A stretch of DNA of 64,000 bases from Thermodesulfobacteriota bacterium (GTDB lineage: Bacteria > Desulfobacterota > Desulfobacteria > Desulfobacterales > SURF-7): NCBI GenBank assembly GCA_049320885.1, contig JBMORA010000034.1:1-64000 (forward strand), read 5' to 3'. Made by a program: the position numbers and the translations under genes. Below the pieces are notes generated by a model. The model was not told the DNA's origin and ran no database searches. It saw nothing but the letters and a program-made list of their open reading frames with translations. This document shows, in pieces, positions 38,668 through 48,618 of the stretch; the stretch's first letter is position 1, and the number at the start of each line of letters is the position of its first letter.

Positions 38668-40341
38668 ATGTCTGTTCATGAACTCGCCGGCCTTCCGGCC
38701 CCCAAATCCTTGCTTGCCGACATCCCGAAAATCGTTTCCGCGTATTACACCGGAAAACCAGATGCCACAGTATCCGCCCAGCGGGTCGCCTTCGGCACCT
38801 CCGGCCACCGCGGGACATCCCTTGACAACAGTTTCAACGAGGACCATATCGTTGCCATCAGCCAGGCCATCTGCGAATACCGGGCTGCCAGAAACATCAG
38901 CGGGCCCCTGTTCATGGGCCGGGACACCCATGCCTTGTCCGAACCGGCCATGGCCACGGCCCTGGAAATTTTCGCCGCGGCCCGCGTCCCGGTCATGATC
39001 CAGGAAAAAAGGGGCTTCACCCCCACCCCGGTGATCTCTCATGCCGTTCTGACTTACAATCGCAACCGCAGCCGGGATTTCGCCGATGGGGTAGTGATCA
39101 CCCCCTCCCACAACCCCCCGGCCGACGGCGGCTTCAAATACAACCCCCCCCATGGAGGGCCGGCGGATGAAAGCGTGACCCGCATCATCGCCGACAGGGC
39201 CAACGAAATCCTCGGCAACCCGGGTTTGCGCGCCGAACGCCTCTTGCTGGAAAAAGCCCTGAAGACCGCGAGCATTCATACCCACGATTTCATCACCCCC
39301 TATGTACGGGATCTGGCGGAGATCATCGATATGGAGGCCATCCGCTCGTCCGGGCTTCACCTGGGGGTGGATCCCATGGGAGGCGCCGGCGTTCATTTCT
39401 GGGAACCCATCGCCGACCTCCATGGTCTTTCCATGGAAGTGGTCAACCCCCATGTCGACCCGACCTTTGCTTTCATGCCCCTGGATAAGGACGGCAAAAT
39501 CCGGATGGACTGTTCCTCTCCGTTTGCCATGCAGGGCCTGATCGCCCTCAAGGATCGGTTCGATCTGGCCTTCGGCAACGACCCGGATGTGGACCGTCAC
39601 GGCATCGTGACCGCGGGAGCCGGTCTGCTGAACCCCAACCACTATCTGGCCGTGGCGATCTGGTATCTCTTTCAGAACCGGCCGGCATGGCCCAAGGACG
39701 CCATGATCGGTAAAACCCTGGTGTCCACCTCCATGATCGACCGGGTGGCGGCTTCCCTGAGCCGGAAATTGTGCGAAGTGCCCGTGGGGTTCAAATGGTT
39801 CGTTGACGGCCTGCTTACCGGAACCTTTGGGTTTGGCGGCGAAGAAAGCGCCGGAGCGACCTTCTTGCGGAAAAACGGCCGGGTCTGGACAACCGACAAG
39901 GACGGCATTGTCATGAACCTGCTGGCAGCCGAGATCATGGCCAAAACCGGAAAAGACCTGGCGGATCTCTATCACATGCTGGAAGAACGGCACGGCGTCG
40001 CCGAATACGAACGCATGGACGCCCCGGCGGATCAGGCCCAAAAAGAATTATTGAAAAAACTGTCGCCGGAAATGGTTATGGTCGACAGTCTGGCCGGCGA
40101 GCCGATTATCGGAAGACTCACCCGCGCCCCCGGCAATCAGGCCCCCATCGGCGGCTTGAAGGTGGTGACCGAAAACGGCTGGTTTGCGGCCAGACCCTCC
40201 GGCACCGAGGATATCTATAAAATCTACGCGGAAAGTTTCAAGGGGAAACATCATCTCCGGGCGATCCAGGAAGAAGCCAAGTCCATTGTCGGCGCCGTTT
40301 TCGCCGCCGCCACTACTCCTGAACCAAACCAGAACGCCTGA
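38668..40341 (+). CDS. pgm: Phosphoglucomutase
   Basis: [37 protein letters not shown]. Confidence 0.96.
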   Translation: MSVHELAGLPAPKSLLADIPKIVSAYYTGKPDATVSAQRVAFGTSGHRGTSLDNSFNEDHIVAISQAICEYRAARNISGPLFMGRDTHALSEPAMATALEIFAAARVPVMIQEKRGFTPTPVISHAVLTYNRNRSRDFADGVVITPSHNPPADGGFKYNPPHGGPADESVTRIIADRANEILGNPGLRAERLLLEKALKTASIHTHDFITPYVRDLAEIIDMEAIRSSGLHLGVDPMGGAGVHFWEPIADLHGLSMEVVNPHVDPTFAFMPLDKDGKIRMDCSSPFAMQGLIALKDRFDLAFGNDPDVDRHGIVTAGAGLLNPNHYLAVAIWYLFQNRPAWPKDAMIGKTLVSTSMIDRVAASLSRKLCEVPVGFKWFVDGLLTGTFGFGGEESAGATFLRKNGRVWTTDKDGIVMNLLAAEIMAKTGKDLADLYHMLEERHGVAEYERMDAPADQAQKELLKKLSPEMVMVDSLAGEPIIGRLTRAPGNQAPIGGLKVVTENGWFAARPSGTEDIYKIYAESFKGKHHLRAIQEEAKSIVGAVFAAATTPEPNQNA

Positions 40342-40368
40342 GCATCGACAAAAGGAGACACCGACTCC

Positions 40369-40962
40369 ATGAATGATCTTGAAATCGGCATCAAAATCGA
40401 ACGTACCGGGGAGGACCGAAGGGTAAAAGGCCCCGTGGAACATCGCCGGAAATGGAAACGCTTCATCGTCCAGACCGGCCCCATCGTCATTCTCCATGTA
40501 CCGCGACTGCTCGGTCTCGCGGGAGAGAAAACCGTCGAACTGGGACCTGTGATCAACATCAGCGAAGGCGGACTCATGGTCCAGTTCATTGAAAACAAGG
40601 AACGTCTGCGGGATTGCGGGGTATTGTCCATCCAGGTGCCGGGTCTTGGAATCAAGGCCGGCAGGATTTCTTTCGAAGTCGTTCGGGACTTCGAAGTCGG
40701 CAAGCTGCCGGACGGAAGAAAAATCCGGAACCGCAGCATTAAATTCAGCTCCCTGACTCCGCCCCAGCTGGTCCAGGTAAAGGAATTCATCCGCGCGTTC
40801 TCATCGGATTTTCAAAAGGACCGCCGCAGCGGAAAAGAAAGGCGTGCACGCATGGATCCCGATTTCTTCGATTCCGAGTGGAAACTCAAGTCCGACAGAC
40901 GCAGGGGTCATGATCGCAGGCAGTACCCGGCCGTCACGAAATTAAAGACGCAGAATTCATAG
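40369..40962 (+). CDS. PilZ domain protein with C-terminal DRR...ERR motifs
   Basis: HRRKWKR, NISEGG, DRRSGKERR, DRRRGHDRR. Confidence 0.72.
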   Translation: MNDLEIGIKIERTGEDRRVKGPVEHRRKWKRFIVQTGPIVILHVPRLLGLAGEKTVELGPVINISEGGLMVQFIENKERLRDCGVLSIQVPGLGIKAGRISFEVVRDFEVGKLPDGRKIRNRSIKFSSLTPPQLVQVKEFIRAFSSDFQKDRRSGKERRARMDPDFFDSEWKLKSDRRRGHDRRQYPAVTKLKTQNS

Positions 40963-42642
40963 ATGTCGCCCAACAGCGGAAATCGTTTTCCCATGACGCC
41001 TCCATTGACTACCACCCCCCGGGGCATCCGGCTGATCCTTATGGCGGTTCCCCCTGCCATGGGCCTCCTGGCGCTCCTGCTCGGGCAGGATGCCTCCTGG
41101 GATCTGCGCAATTACCATTTTTACAACCCCTTCGCCTTTTTGACCGGCCGCATGGGATATGACGTCGGGCCGGCGCAGGTGGCCACTTATTACAACCCGC
41201 TCATGCATCTGCCTTTCTATTTTGCCGTCACCAATCTGCCGCCTAGGCTGGTGGCCTTCGGACTGGGATGCCTCCAGGGAACCAATATTTTTTTGTTGTA
41301 TGGAATTGCCGTTAGAATGATCGGGCCATCCTCGGACAGCCGCGACCGATGGCTCTGCCTGATCACCGCGATACTTGGAATCCTGGGAGCCACCAACATC
41401 GCCGAAACAGGCACCAGTTACGGAGACAACCTGCTGAGCATTCCGGTGCTGTTCTCCCTTTTTCTGATCATGGATCGATTTCACCGCCTTGGTTCCCCGG
41501 GATCAACCGGCCTGCTCATTGCGGCGGCGGCCGGCCTGGCGGCCGGATGCGCGGCGGGTCTCAAACAACCTTTCGCCGTCTACGCCGTCGGGATGTGCCT
41601 CGCCTTCTTTGGTCTGTCGCTGCCCCTGAAACGCCGGTTCGAGCTGGCCTTCTGTTTCGGTCTGGGCGTCCTTGCCGGCATGGCCCTGACCGGCGGTTTC
41701 TGGCTTCTGGAAATGTGGCGCCGGTATGCGAACCCGCTTTTCCCCTATTTCAATCAGTTCTTCCGTTCTTCCTGGGGATCGCCCGAGTCCTACCGCGATA
41801 TGCGTTTCCTGTCATCCGACCCGCTCATCCAGCTTCTCTTTCCCGTCTGGATCAACCTGAACCCCCTGCAAGTCGGTGAAGTGGCATTCCGCGACCTGCG
41901 GCTGTCCATCCTCTATGTGCTGCTGATCATTCTGTTGGGCAAAAAACTCGTCCAGCCGGGGAAACAACCCGCGGTTTCCGGGGATGCGGAATCGACTTCC
42001 AGAAACCGCTTCCTGCTCCTCTTCGTCGTCGTTTCCTTTCTGATATGGATGAAACTCTTTTCCGTCTATCGTTATATCATTATTTGCGATTTTCTGGCGC
42101 CACTGACCATCCTGGCGGTTCTCGGAATGCTCGTGGCAAAACGGGACCGGCAGGTTCGCCTTGCCCTGGGCTGCTTCATTGTGATTCTGGCCCTGCTGGT
42201 TCCGGGGGACTGGGGCCGCAGGCCTTTTTCCTCCGATTATTTCGGTGTCCGGCCGCCTGCGCTCGGTCATCCCTCCAACACCCTGGTGCTGTCTGCTGGT
42301 TACGATCCCATGGCCTATATGATCCCATTTTTCCCGCCCGAAGTGCGTTTCCTGCGCATTCACAGCTATCTGACCGGACCGTCCGCGCATCCGAACGGTT
42401 TGGACGAACAAATGCGCGCCATCGTTCGCGAGCACTCGGGCGACATGTACCTGCTGGTTCGATCCTATGAAAAAGCAGCCGCCCGCCGGGCCGTTCAATT
42501 CCATGGACTGGAAATCGACGACCGGTATTGCCGGACCTTCACGCCCCACGTGGAACCCCAGCAGGAACATCCCTTCTGTTTCTGCCCGGTTGTGAAAACG
42601 GCAGGCGCCGGACCGCCCCCATCGGTGAAAGAAAGAGGGTAA
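40963..42642 (+). CDS. Polytopic membrane protein, probable GT-C-fold glycosyltransferase
   Basis: GQDASWDLRNYH acidic first loop, more than 10 TM segments, GLK, NPLFPYFN, YRY. Confidence 0.65.
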   Translation: MSPNSGNRFPMTPPLTTTPRGIRLILMAVPPAMGLLALLLGQDASWDLRNYHFYNPFAFLTGRMGYDVGPAQVATYYNPLMHLPFYFAVTNLPPRLVAFGLGCLQGTNIFLLYGIAVRMIGPSSDSRDRWLCLITAILGILGATNIAETGTSYGDNLLSIPVLFSLFLIMDRFHRLGSPGSTGLLIAAAAGLAAGCAAGLKQPFAVYAVGMCLAFFGLSLPLKRRFELAFCFGLGVLAGMALTGGFWLLEMWRRYANPLFPYFNQFFRSSWGSPESYRDMRFLSSDPLIQLLFPVWINLNPLQVGEVAFRDLRLSILYVLLIILLGKKLVQPGKQPAVSGDAESTSRNRFLLLFVVVSFLIWMKLFSVYRYIIICDFLAPLTILAVLGMLVAKRDRQVRLALGCFIVILALLVPGDWGRRPFSSDYFGVRPPALGHPSNTLVLSAGYDPMAYMIPFFPPEVRFLRIHSYLTGPSAHPNGLDEQMRAIVREHSGDMYLLVRSYEKAAARRAVQFHGLEIDDRYCRTFTPHVEPQQEHPFCFCPVVKTAGAGPPPSVKERG

Positions 42643-42652
42643 AGCAGCCGCC

Positions 42653-43819
42653 TCAGCCCGTCATCATCTCCCAGGCCATTGCCGCCACCCGTTTGGCCGC
42701 CCCGGGTTCCCCCAGCTTCTCTTTTATTTGCGACAGTTCCTGCGCCACGGCATGCATCCGTTCCGGATCTTTCAAAATTTTCAGGGCTTCGGCGGCAATC
42801 CGGGCCGGTGTGGCGTGTTGCTGGATCAACTCCGGTACGACCTTCTTGCCGGCGACGATATTGGCGATTCCGATATGATCGACCTTGACCAGCATGCTGC
42901 CGATCATATAGGTGAGGGGCGAAACCAGATACAGAATCACCATGGGTTTTTCCAGCAAGGCGGTTTCAAGGGTTGCGGTTCCCGACACCGCCAGGGCCAG
43001 GTCACAGAAGCCGACGGCCTGATAAAATTGATCCGTCACCACCCGGACCGGGATTTTCCGCCGGCGGATATGGTTTTCAACGGCTTCGGCATCCAGACCG
43101 GGAGCCAGCGGCAGGATAAAACCAGCCCCGGACATTTCCCGCCGGATGAGGACCGCGGCGTCCAGGATCAGCGGCAGCATCCGGTCGATTTCTCCCTTCC
43201 GGCTTCCCGGCAACAAACCGATGATGGGGCTCTCGGTTTCAAAGCCGAGCCGCTGTCGGGCCGCTTCCCGGTCCATCTGTGCGGGAATCCGATCCCGCAG
43301 GGGGTGGCCCACAAACCGGACATCCAGACCGACCCGCTGATAGAAGGGAACCTCGAACGGAAAGATCACCGCCATCCTGTCGACGATCCGGGCGATTTTC
43401 CTAGCCCGGCCCTGACGCCAGGCCCAGATTTGCGGGCTGATATAGTACAAGACCGGAATACGATACTTCTTGGCATATCGGGCCACCGCCAGATTGAAGT
43501 CCGGATAGTCGATCAGCAGCACCAGATCCGGTGGACGTTCCCGGATGATCTTCTTCACCGCGCTGTAGGCGTTCCAGATCGTCGAAAAATTGGCCAGGAC
43601 TTCCAGGATTCCGACTACGGCGAGGTCCTTGGAATGGCGAATGAGTTCCACGCCCTCCCCGGCCAGGGCGTCACCGCCGACCCCGTAGACGGCAACCGCC
43701 GGATCGATTTTTTTCAGGGCCGCCACGACCCCGGCACCGTGGTGGTCGCCGGAGGTTTCACCGGTGACGATCAGCATTTTTTTTCGATTCGCGTCAGTCA
43801 TCGGAATGGCTGGATTCAT
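42653..43819 (-). CDS. lpxB: Lipid-A-disaccharide synthase
   Basis: GETSGD, IDYPDFN, YYISPQIWAWR, FVGHP, LLPGSR, SGTATLE, PELIQ. Confidence 0.96.
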   Translation of the reverse strand: MNPAIPMTDANRKKMLIVTGETSGDHHGAGVVAALKKIDPAVAVYGVGGDALAGEGVELIRHSKDLAVVGILEVLANFSTIWNAYSAVKKIIRERPPDLVLLIDYPDFNLAVARYAKKYRIPVLYYISPQIWAWRQGRARKIARIVDRMAVIFPFEVPFYQRVGLDVRFVGHPLRDRIPAQMDREAARQRLGFETESPIIGLLPGSRKGEIDRMLPLILDAAVLIRREMSGAGFILPLAPGLDAEAVENHIRRRKIPVRVVTDQFYQAVGFCDLALAVSGTATLETALLEKPMVILYLVSPLTYMIGSMLVKVDHIGIANIVAGKKVVPELIQQHATPARIAAEALKILKDPERMHAVAQELSQIKEKLGEPGAAKRVAAMAWEMMTG

Positions 43820-44784
43820 TAGACATTCAGATTCAAGGCCGCTTTCCGGGCGTCCACCTGGGCGACGATTTCCAGGGCCACCCGCAAGGCATCCCGGCCG
43901 GCCTCGCCGGATACCACCGGTTCGCTGCGGGTTCTCACGGCGTGAAGAAACGACTGAATCTCCTTTTTCAAGGAGTCCCCCTGCCGGATATCGATTTTTT
44001 CATACACGATCTGGGGAGTTCCGCCCGTATCCGGAGTTCCCTGCCGCCGATACACCTCCACCTGCTGAACGGCGAAATCGATGGACAGATACGCATCCCG
44101 CTGGAACACCCTGATCTTGCGCATTTCCTTGGCGGATATGCGGCTGGCGCTGATATTGGCCACGCAACCGGACTCGAATTCGATACGGACATTGGCGATG
44201 TCGTTTTTCTCTTTCGACAGGATCGGCACCCCCACGGCATGGATGGCTTTCGCCGGCGATCGCGTGATGTTCAGAATGATATCGATATCGTGAATCATGA
44301 TATCCAGGATGACATCCACATCCATGCTGCGATCTTTGAATGGCGCCAGCCGATGGGATTCAATGAACAGCGGATTCCCTAAAATGCCTTCGATGGCGTT
44401 CAGAGCGGCATTGAAACGCTCCAGGTGCCCGACCTGAAGCACCCTCTTTTCCTGTTTGGCCATGGCAATCAGTTCATCCGCTTCCGCAAGGGTCGTGGTC
44501 ATGGGTTTTTCAACCAGAACATCCACTCCATGCAACAGAAAATCCCGGGCGATGGCATGGTGGCGGTGGGTCGGCACCACGATGCTGACAGCCGCCACCT
44601 TTCCCAGGAGATCACGATAATCGGAATAGGCCTGGACATGCAACTGTTCGGATATTCTTCCCGCCGCCCCGCTATCCGTATCAACAATTCCAACCAGTTC
44701 CGCCTCCTCAAGCGCGGCGTACTTTTCCGCGTGAAATTTTCCCAGATAGCCGACACCCACAACCCCTACTTTGATCGGTTTCAT
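43819..44784 (-). CDS. Gfo/Idh/MocA oxidoreductase, GnnA-like (UDP-GlcNAc 3-dehydrogenase candidate)
   Basis: GVGYLGKFHAEKY, VEKP, GHLERFN, DIMIHDID; its stop overlaps the lpxB start. Confidence 0.85.
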   Translation of the reverse strand: MKPIKVGVVGVGYLGKFHAEKYAALEEAELVGIVDTDSGAAGRISEQLHVQAYSDYRDLLGKVAAVSIVVPTHRHHAIARDFLLHGVDVLVEKPMTTTLAEADELIAMAKQEKRVLQVGHLERFNAALNAIEGILGNPLFIESHRLAPFKDRSMDVDVILDIMIHDIDIILNITRSPAKAIHAVGVPILSKEKNDIANVRIEFESGCVANISASRISAKEMRKIRVFQRDAYLSIDFAVQQVEVYRRQGTPDTGGTPQIVYEKIDIRQGDSLKKEIQSFLHAVRTRSEPVVSGEAGRDALRVALEIVAQVDARKAALNLNV

Positions 44785-45107
44785 GTGGCCCCAATGCTCC
44801 CTTCTGTTGCTCTGAACCAATACCGTTCCGGTCCCGCCGAATCGCTTCCGGCCGGTAACCCATAGCAGGTTTTAGCCCAAAAATCGACGGGATTTTCATG
44901 CAAGGACTTTTCGCTTGAAATTTTTCCAGGCTGTGATAGGGATATCGCAATATCAATGTGATTTTTACGATATTTCGCCCGACCCCACCGGACAGAAGCG
45001 TGACGGTCGAATTGGAAGGCTTGTTGTTCGCCCCCCCCTCCTTCCCCATGGCTCCGTCAACGAAGGTGGACTCCATCGCAATTAAAACCGGCTGGTAAGG
45101 AATTCCC

Positions 45108-48100
45108 ATGCAAGGAAACGGGGCCTTCAAGGAATCCGAACGAAGGATTGTCACGGTGATGTTCGTGGACATCGCCGGTTTCACGTCCATGGCCGAAAGC
45201 CTGGATCCGGAATCCATCACGGTGCTCATGAACGACTGTTTTGCCATCATGGAGGAAACCATCGAAAAAAACGGCGGCGCCATTGACAAATTCATGGGGG
45301 ATTGCGTAATGGCGGTTTTCGGGCTCCCCGCAGTCCAGGAACTATCCGCCATCAATGCCGTCAATGCCGTGATCGAAATTCGCAACCGGATAGAGAAATT
45401 CAGTGCCGACAACCACCTGGAGCCCCCTCTTTCCATTCATGCCGGAATCAACACGGGAATTGTCGTTGCCGGAGCCGTGGGGGGAATCAAAAGGCGCGAT
45501 TTCACGGTCATGGGGGATACCGTCAATGTCGCGGCCCGTCTGGAGGATGCCTCCGCATCGGGTCAGATTCTCGTGGGGCCAGCCACTTTCCAATCCGCCG
45601 GACTCCGGTTCCGCTTCAAACAATTGAGTCCCATCCCATTGAAAGGAAAAGGCGAGCCCCTGCCGGTTTATGAATTATTATCCGACAAGACCCGGATCCA
45701 CCGTTCCCTGCCCGGCACAAACCGCGCCATTGTCTCTCCCCTTGTCGGGCGGGAAGGCGAGATGACATTGCTCGCCTCCCTTTTGGCAAACGCCGTTTCC
45801 GGAAAAGGAAGGATCATCCATATCATGGGTGAATCGGGAATCGGGAAATCCCGTCTGGTGGCGGAAATCAGAAAATTGGAACCGATAAACCAATTCGTCT
45901 GCCTGGAAGGCCGCGCGCTTTCCGTGGGAAAAAACCTGAGCTACCACCCATTTATCGATCTGTTTAAGCAATGGGCCGGTATTCCGGAAGATGTCCCGGA
46001 ATCAACGGCGATCCGTCAATTGGAAAGCGCCTTCCGCGCCGCCGGTCTGGGAGACGAAACCGAAGAAGTGCTCCCGTTTGTGGCCACGCTTATGGGCTTG
46101 AATCTTCCGGAAGCTTATCGCCTTCATCTGGAAGGGATTCAGGAGCCGGCCCTTGAACGGCTGATTTGTAAAAGCGTTCGCCAGTTGATCGCGCGGATAT
46201 CCGAAAAGCGTCCGCTTCTCATTCTGATGGAGGACCTGCATTGGGCCGATGAAACGAGCATTGATTTGCTGCTGTCGCTTTTTTCCGTCGTTGAATTTCT
46301 GCCGGTTGTTTTTCTGAACCTCTTCCGTCCGCGTTACCGGCTAACCGGTGAGCGCGTAGCCGCATTTTCCAGGGACCATCTCGCGTCGCATCTGACGGAA
46401 ATCCTCCTTCCACCCCTGACTACCGTCCAGAGCGGCAGGCTGATACGCAATCTTTCGATACGAAAGGAAATTCCCCAGGCCTTGTGCGATCAAATCCTGG
46501 CCCGGGCGGACGGCAATCCGTATTTTGTGGAGGAAGTTCTGCGGTCGCTTCTGGATATCGGGGCATTTTCCATCCAAAACAAACTACCGGTAGCCACTGA
46601 GGCTGGGTCCGATTTTTCCATTCCCCAGACGCTCAACGACGTCATCATGGAAAGAATCGACCGTCTGGATGACCGCGCCCGCCAGTTGATTCGCATCGCC
46701 TCGGTGATCGGAAGAAGTTTTTACCAGCGAATTCTCAATACGGTGGCCGGCAATCCGGAGGATCTGGAGGTATATCTGGCACGGCTGCAACACGCAGAAT
46801 TCATCAAGGAAAGAAAACAACTGAACGAAACGGAATACTATTTCAAACACGCCCTCACCCAGGAAACCGCCTATGAATCGATTCTGCTCAGCACCAAAAA
46901 ACGGCTGCATCGGAAAATCGCCCAGGCCATCGAGACCCTCTATACCGACCGCCTCTATGAATTTTACGGCATGCTCTCGTACCATTACAGTTGCGCTGAA
47001 ACCCCGGAAAAGGCGGAGCAGTATATGCTGTTGGCCGGCAGGGAAGCCATGAAATCCGCGGCCTCCAGCGAAGCCCTGCATTACTACCGGGAAGCCTTGA
47101 GAATATACCTCTACCGGCATGGTTCCATCGCCGATCCCCTGAGGGTGGCTGAACTGGAAAAAAATATCGCCGTCAGCTGCTACAACAAGGGGCGCCATGA
47201 GGAAGCACACGACTATTTCCAGCGTGCCCTGTCCCGATATGAACCGGAACCGATAGTCCCCCGGTTCATCCGAAAATACCGACTCCTGAGCGATCTGGCC
47301 TGGTTGATCCTGAGTCTCTATTGTCCATGGTTTTTCTGGAAAAAATCCCCTTCCCCCAGGGAAGCGGAAATCATCGACCTGACATACCGGAAGGCGGCAG
47401 CGCTTTCCAATCTTGATCCGCGAAGTTTTTTTTCCGAATCCCTCCATTTCTCAAAGCTGCTGTCGCAATACGATGTCACCACCATCAGCCGGGGCGTTGA
47501 CATGCTCATCGGCCTGAGCGTCATCTTTTCATGGCCGGCCTCATCATTCCGGCTCAGCCGCAAGATTCTCGCGTTCGTCGGCCGCCTGGTCCATCCGGAA
47601 GATGACGTCGAAAAGCTCACGTTTGCACTTGCCGCTCTCTTTCCGGACTACTATGAAGGCAGGTGGCAACAGAAGTATGACCACAGCCTGGTGGAGGCCG
47701 TATTGAAGAAAGGGGAGATCCTGCCGGTAGTCGCCTATATCACGTTCCACGGACGGATCCGACTCGAGCAGGGGGACTACGCGGGAGCGAGGCGCCTGGT
47801 CGCCAAATTGTCGGAAATCGACAGGGTCTTCACCCACTCCTTGGCCAGAACCCTGAAATACTACCTGAATATCAAGCTCCTGCTGAAATATCGCAAACTG
47901 CCAGCAGCGCTTCTGGAAGCCGATGAAGGAATCGCCTTTGCATCCGAAACCGATTTCCAACAGATCCGCATGGTGTTATCCGCCTTCAAGACCCGCATCC
48001 TGATCCTGCTGGATGATTTCCCGGGAGCCGAAATCGCCATGCAACAAACCGAGGAATATAAAACGGGTCTACACCTCCCGCCACCCTACGTCAGCAATTA

Positions 48101-48545
48101 TCTCATCACCAGGCTGTTGTTCGACCTCGCGAAATTGAAAACCGCCGTTCTCCAAGATGATTCGGCCTCGGTCCGGACCATCAGCCGCCGGGCATTCCGG
48201 GTAGGCAGGGAAGTTCGCAAAATGGCCAAGAAGCTTGCCTATGAACGAACGGAGGCTTTCCGATTGCTGGGAGACTTTTTCCATTTGACGCAACAGGATC
48301 ACCGGGCCCGCAACTGGTGGCAACGCAGCCTGGAGGAAGGCCGCCGGCTGAATGCCCGTGTGGAATTGTCACGCACCTATCTTGAAGTCGGCATGTATCT
48401 ATCCAGGCCGGAAAACAGCCACCGGCTCCAGGATCATTCCGCTGGGCCGAAGTTCATGGAAGAAGCGCGGCGTCTCTTTCGGGAGTTGAATCTTCAATGG
48501 GACTTGCAACGGATGAAAGGCGACCTCCACCTGCCCCTCTGGTGA
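45108..48545 (+). CDS. Class III adenylate/guanylate cyclase fused to an AAA ATPase and TPR-like repeats
   Basis: MFVDIAGFT, DKFMGD, GINTG, MGDTVNVAARLE; Walker A GESGIGKS; Walker B LMEDLHWAD; GNPYF; FKHAL; helical C-terminus. Confidence 0.92.
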   Translation: MQGNGAFKESERRIVTVMFVDIAGFTSMAESLDPESITVLMNDCFAIMEETIEKNGGAIDKFMGDCVMAVFGLPAVQELSAINAVNAVIEIRNRIEKFSADNHLEPPLSIHAGINTGIVVAGAVGGIKRRDFTVMGDTVNVAARLEDASASGQILVGPATFQSAGLRFRFKQLSPIPLKGKGEPLPVYELLSDKTRIHRSLPGTNRAIVSPLVGREGEMTLLASLLANAVSGKGRIIHIMGESGIGKSRLVAEIRKLEPINQFVCLEGRALSVGKNLSYHPFIDLFKQWAGIPEDVPESTAIRQLESAFRAAGLGDETEEVLPFVATLMGLNLPEAYRLHLEGIQEPALERLICKSVRQLIARISEKRPLLILMEDLHWADETSIDLLLSLFSVVEFLPVVFLNLFRPRYRLTGERVAAFSRDHLASHLTEILLPPLTTVQSGRLIRNLSIRKEIPQALCDQILARADGNPYFVEEVLRSLLDIGAFSIQNKLPVATEAGSDFSIPQTLNDVIMERIDRLDDRARQLIRIASVIGRSFYQRILNTVAGNPEDLEVYLARLQHAEFIKERKQLNETEYYFKHALTQETAYESILLSTKKRLHRKIAQAIETLYTDRLYEFYGMLSYHYSCAETPEKAEQYMLLAGREAMKSAASSEALHYYREALRIYLYRHGSIADPLRVAELEKNIAVSCYNKGRHEEAHDYFQRALSRYEPEPIVPRFIRKYRLLSDLAWLILSLYCPWFFWKKSPSPREAEIIDLTYRKAAALSNLDPRSFFSESLHFSKLLSQYDVTTISRGVDMLIGLSVIFSWPASSFRLSRKILAFVGRLVHPEDDVEKLTFALAALFPDYYEGRWQQKYDHSLVEAVLKKGEILPVVAYITFHGRIRLEQGDYAGARRLVAKLSEIDRVFTHSLARTLKYYLNIKLLLKYRKLPAALLEADEGIAFASETDFQQIRMVLSAFKTRILILLDDFPGAEIAMQQTEEYKTGLHLPPPYVSNYLITRLLFDLAKLKTAVLQDDSASVRTISRRAFRVGREVRKMAKKLAYERTEAFRLLGDFFHLTQQDHRARNWWQRSLEEGRRLNARVELSRTYLEVGMYLSRPENSHRLQDHSAGPKFMEEARRLFRELNLQWDLQRMKGDLHLPLW

Positions 48546-48550
48546 TAAAA

Positions 48551-48589
48551 CAGAATCGGGGAGTTCCCTGCGGTAACTCCCCGATTCTG
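48551..48589. terminator. Strong hairpin between convergent genes (probable bidirectional terminator)
   Basis: CAGAATCGGGGAGTT-N9-AACTCCCCGATTCTG, 15-bp perfect stem. Confidence 0.8.
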
Positions 48590-48618
48590 AAAGTCCGTGA
48601 GTGTTTCTGCTGTTCCCT

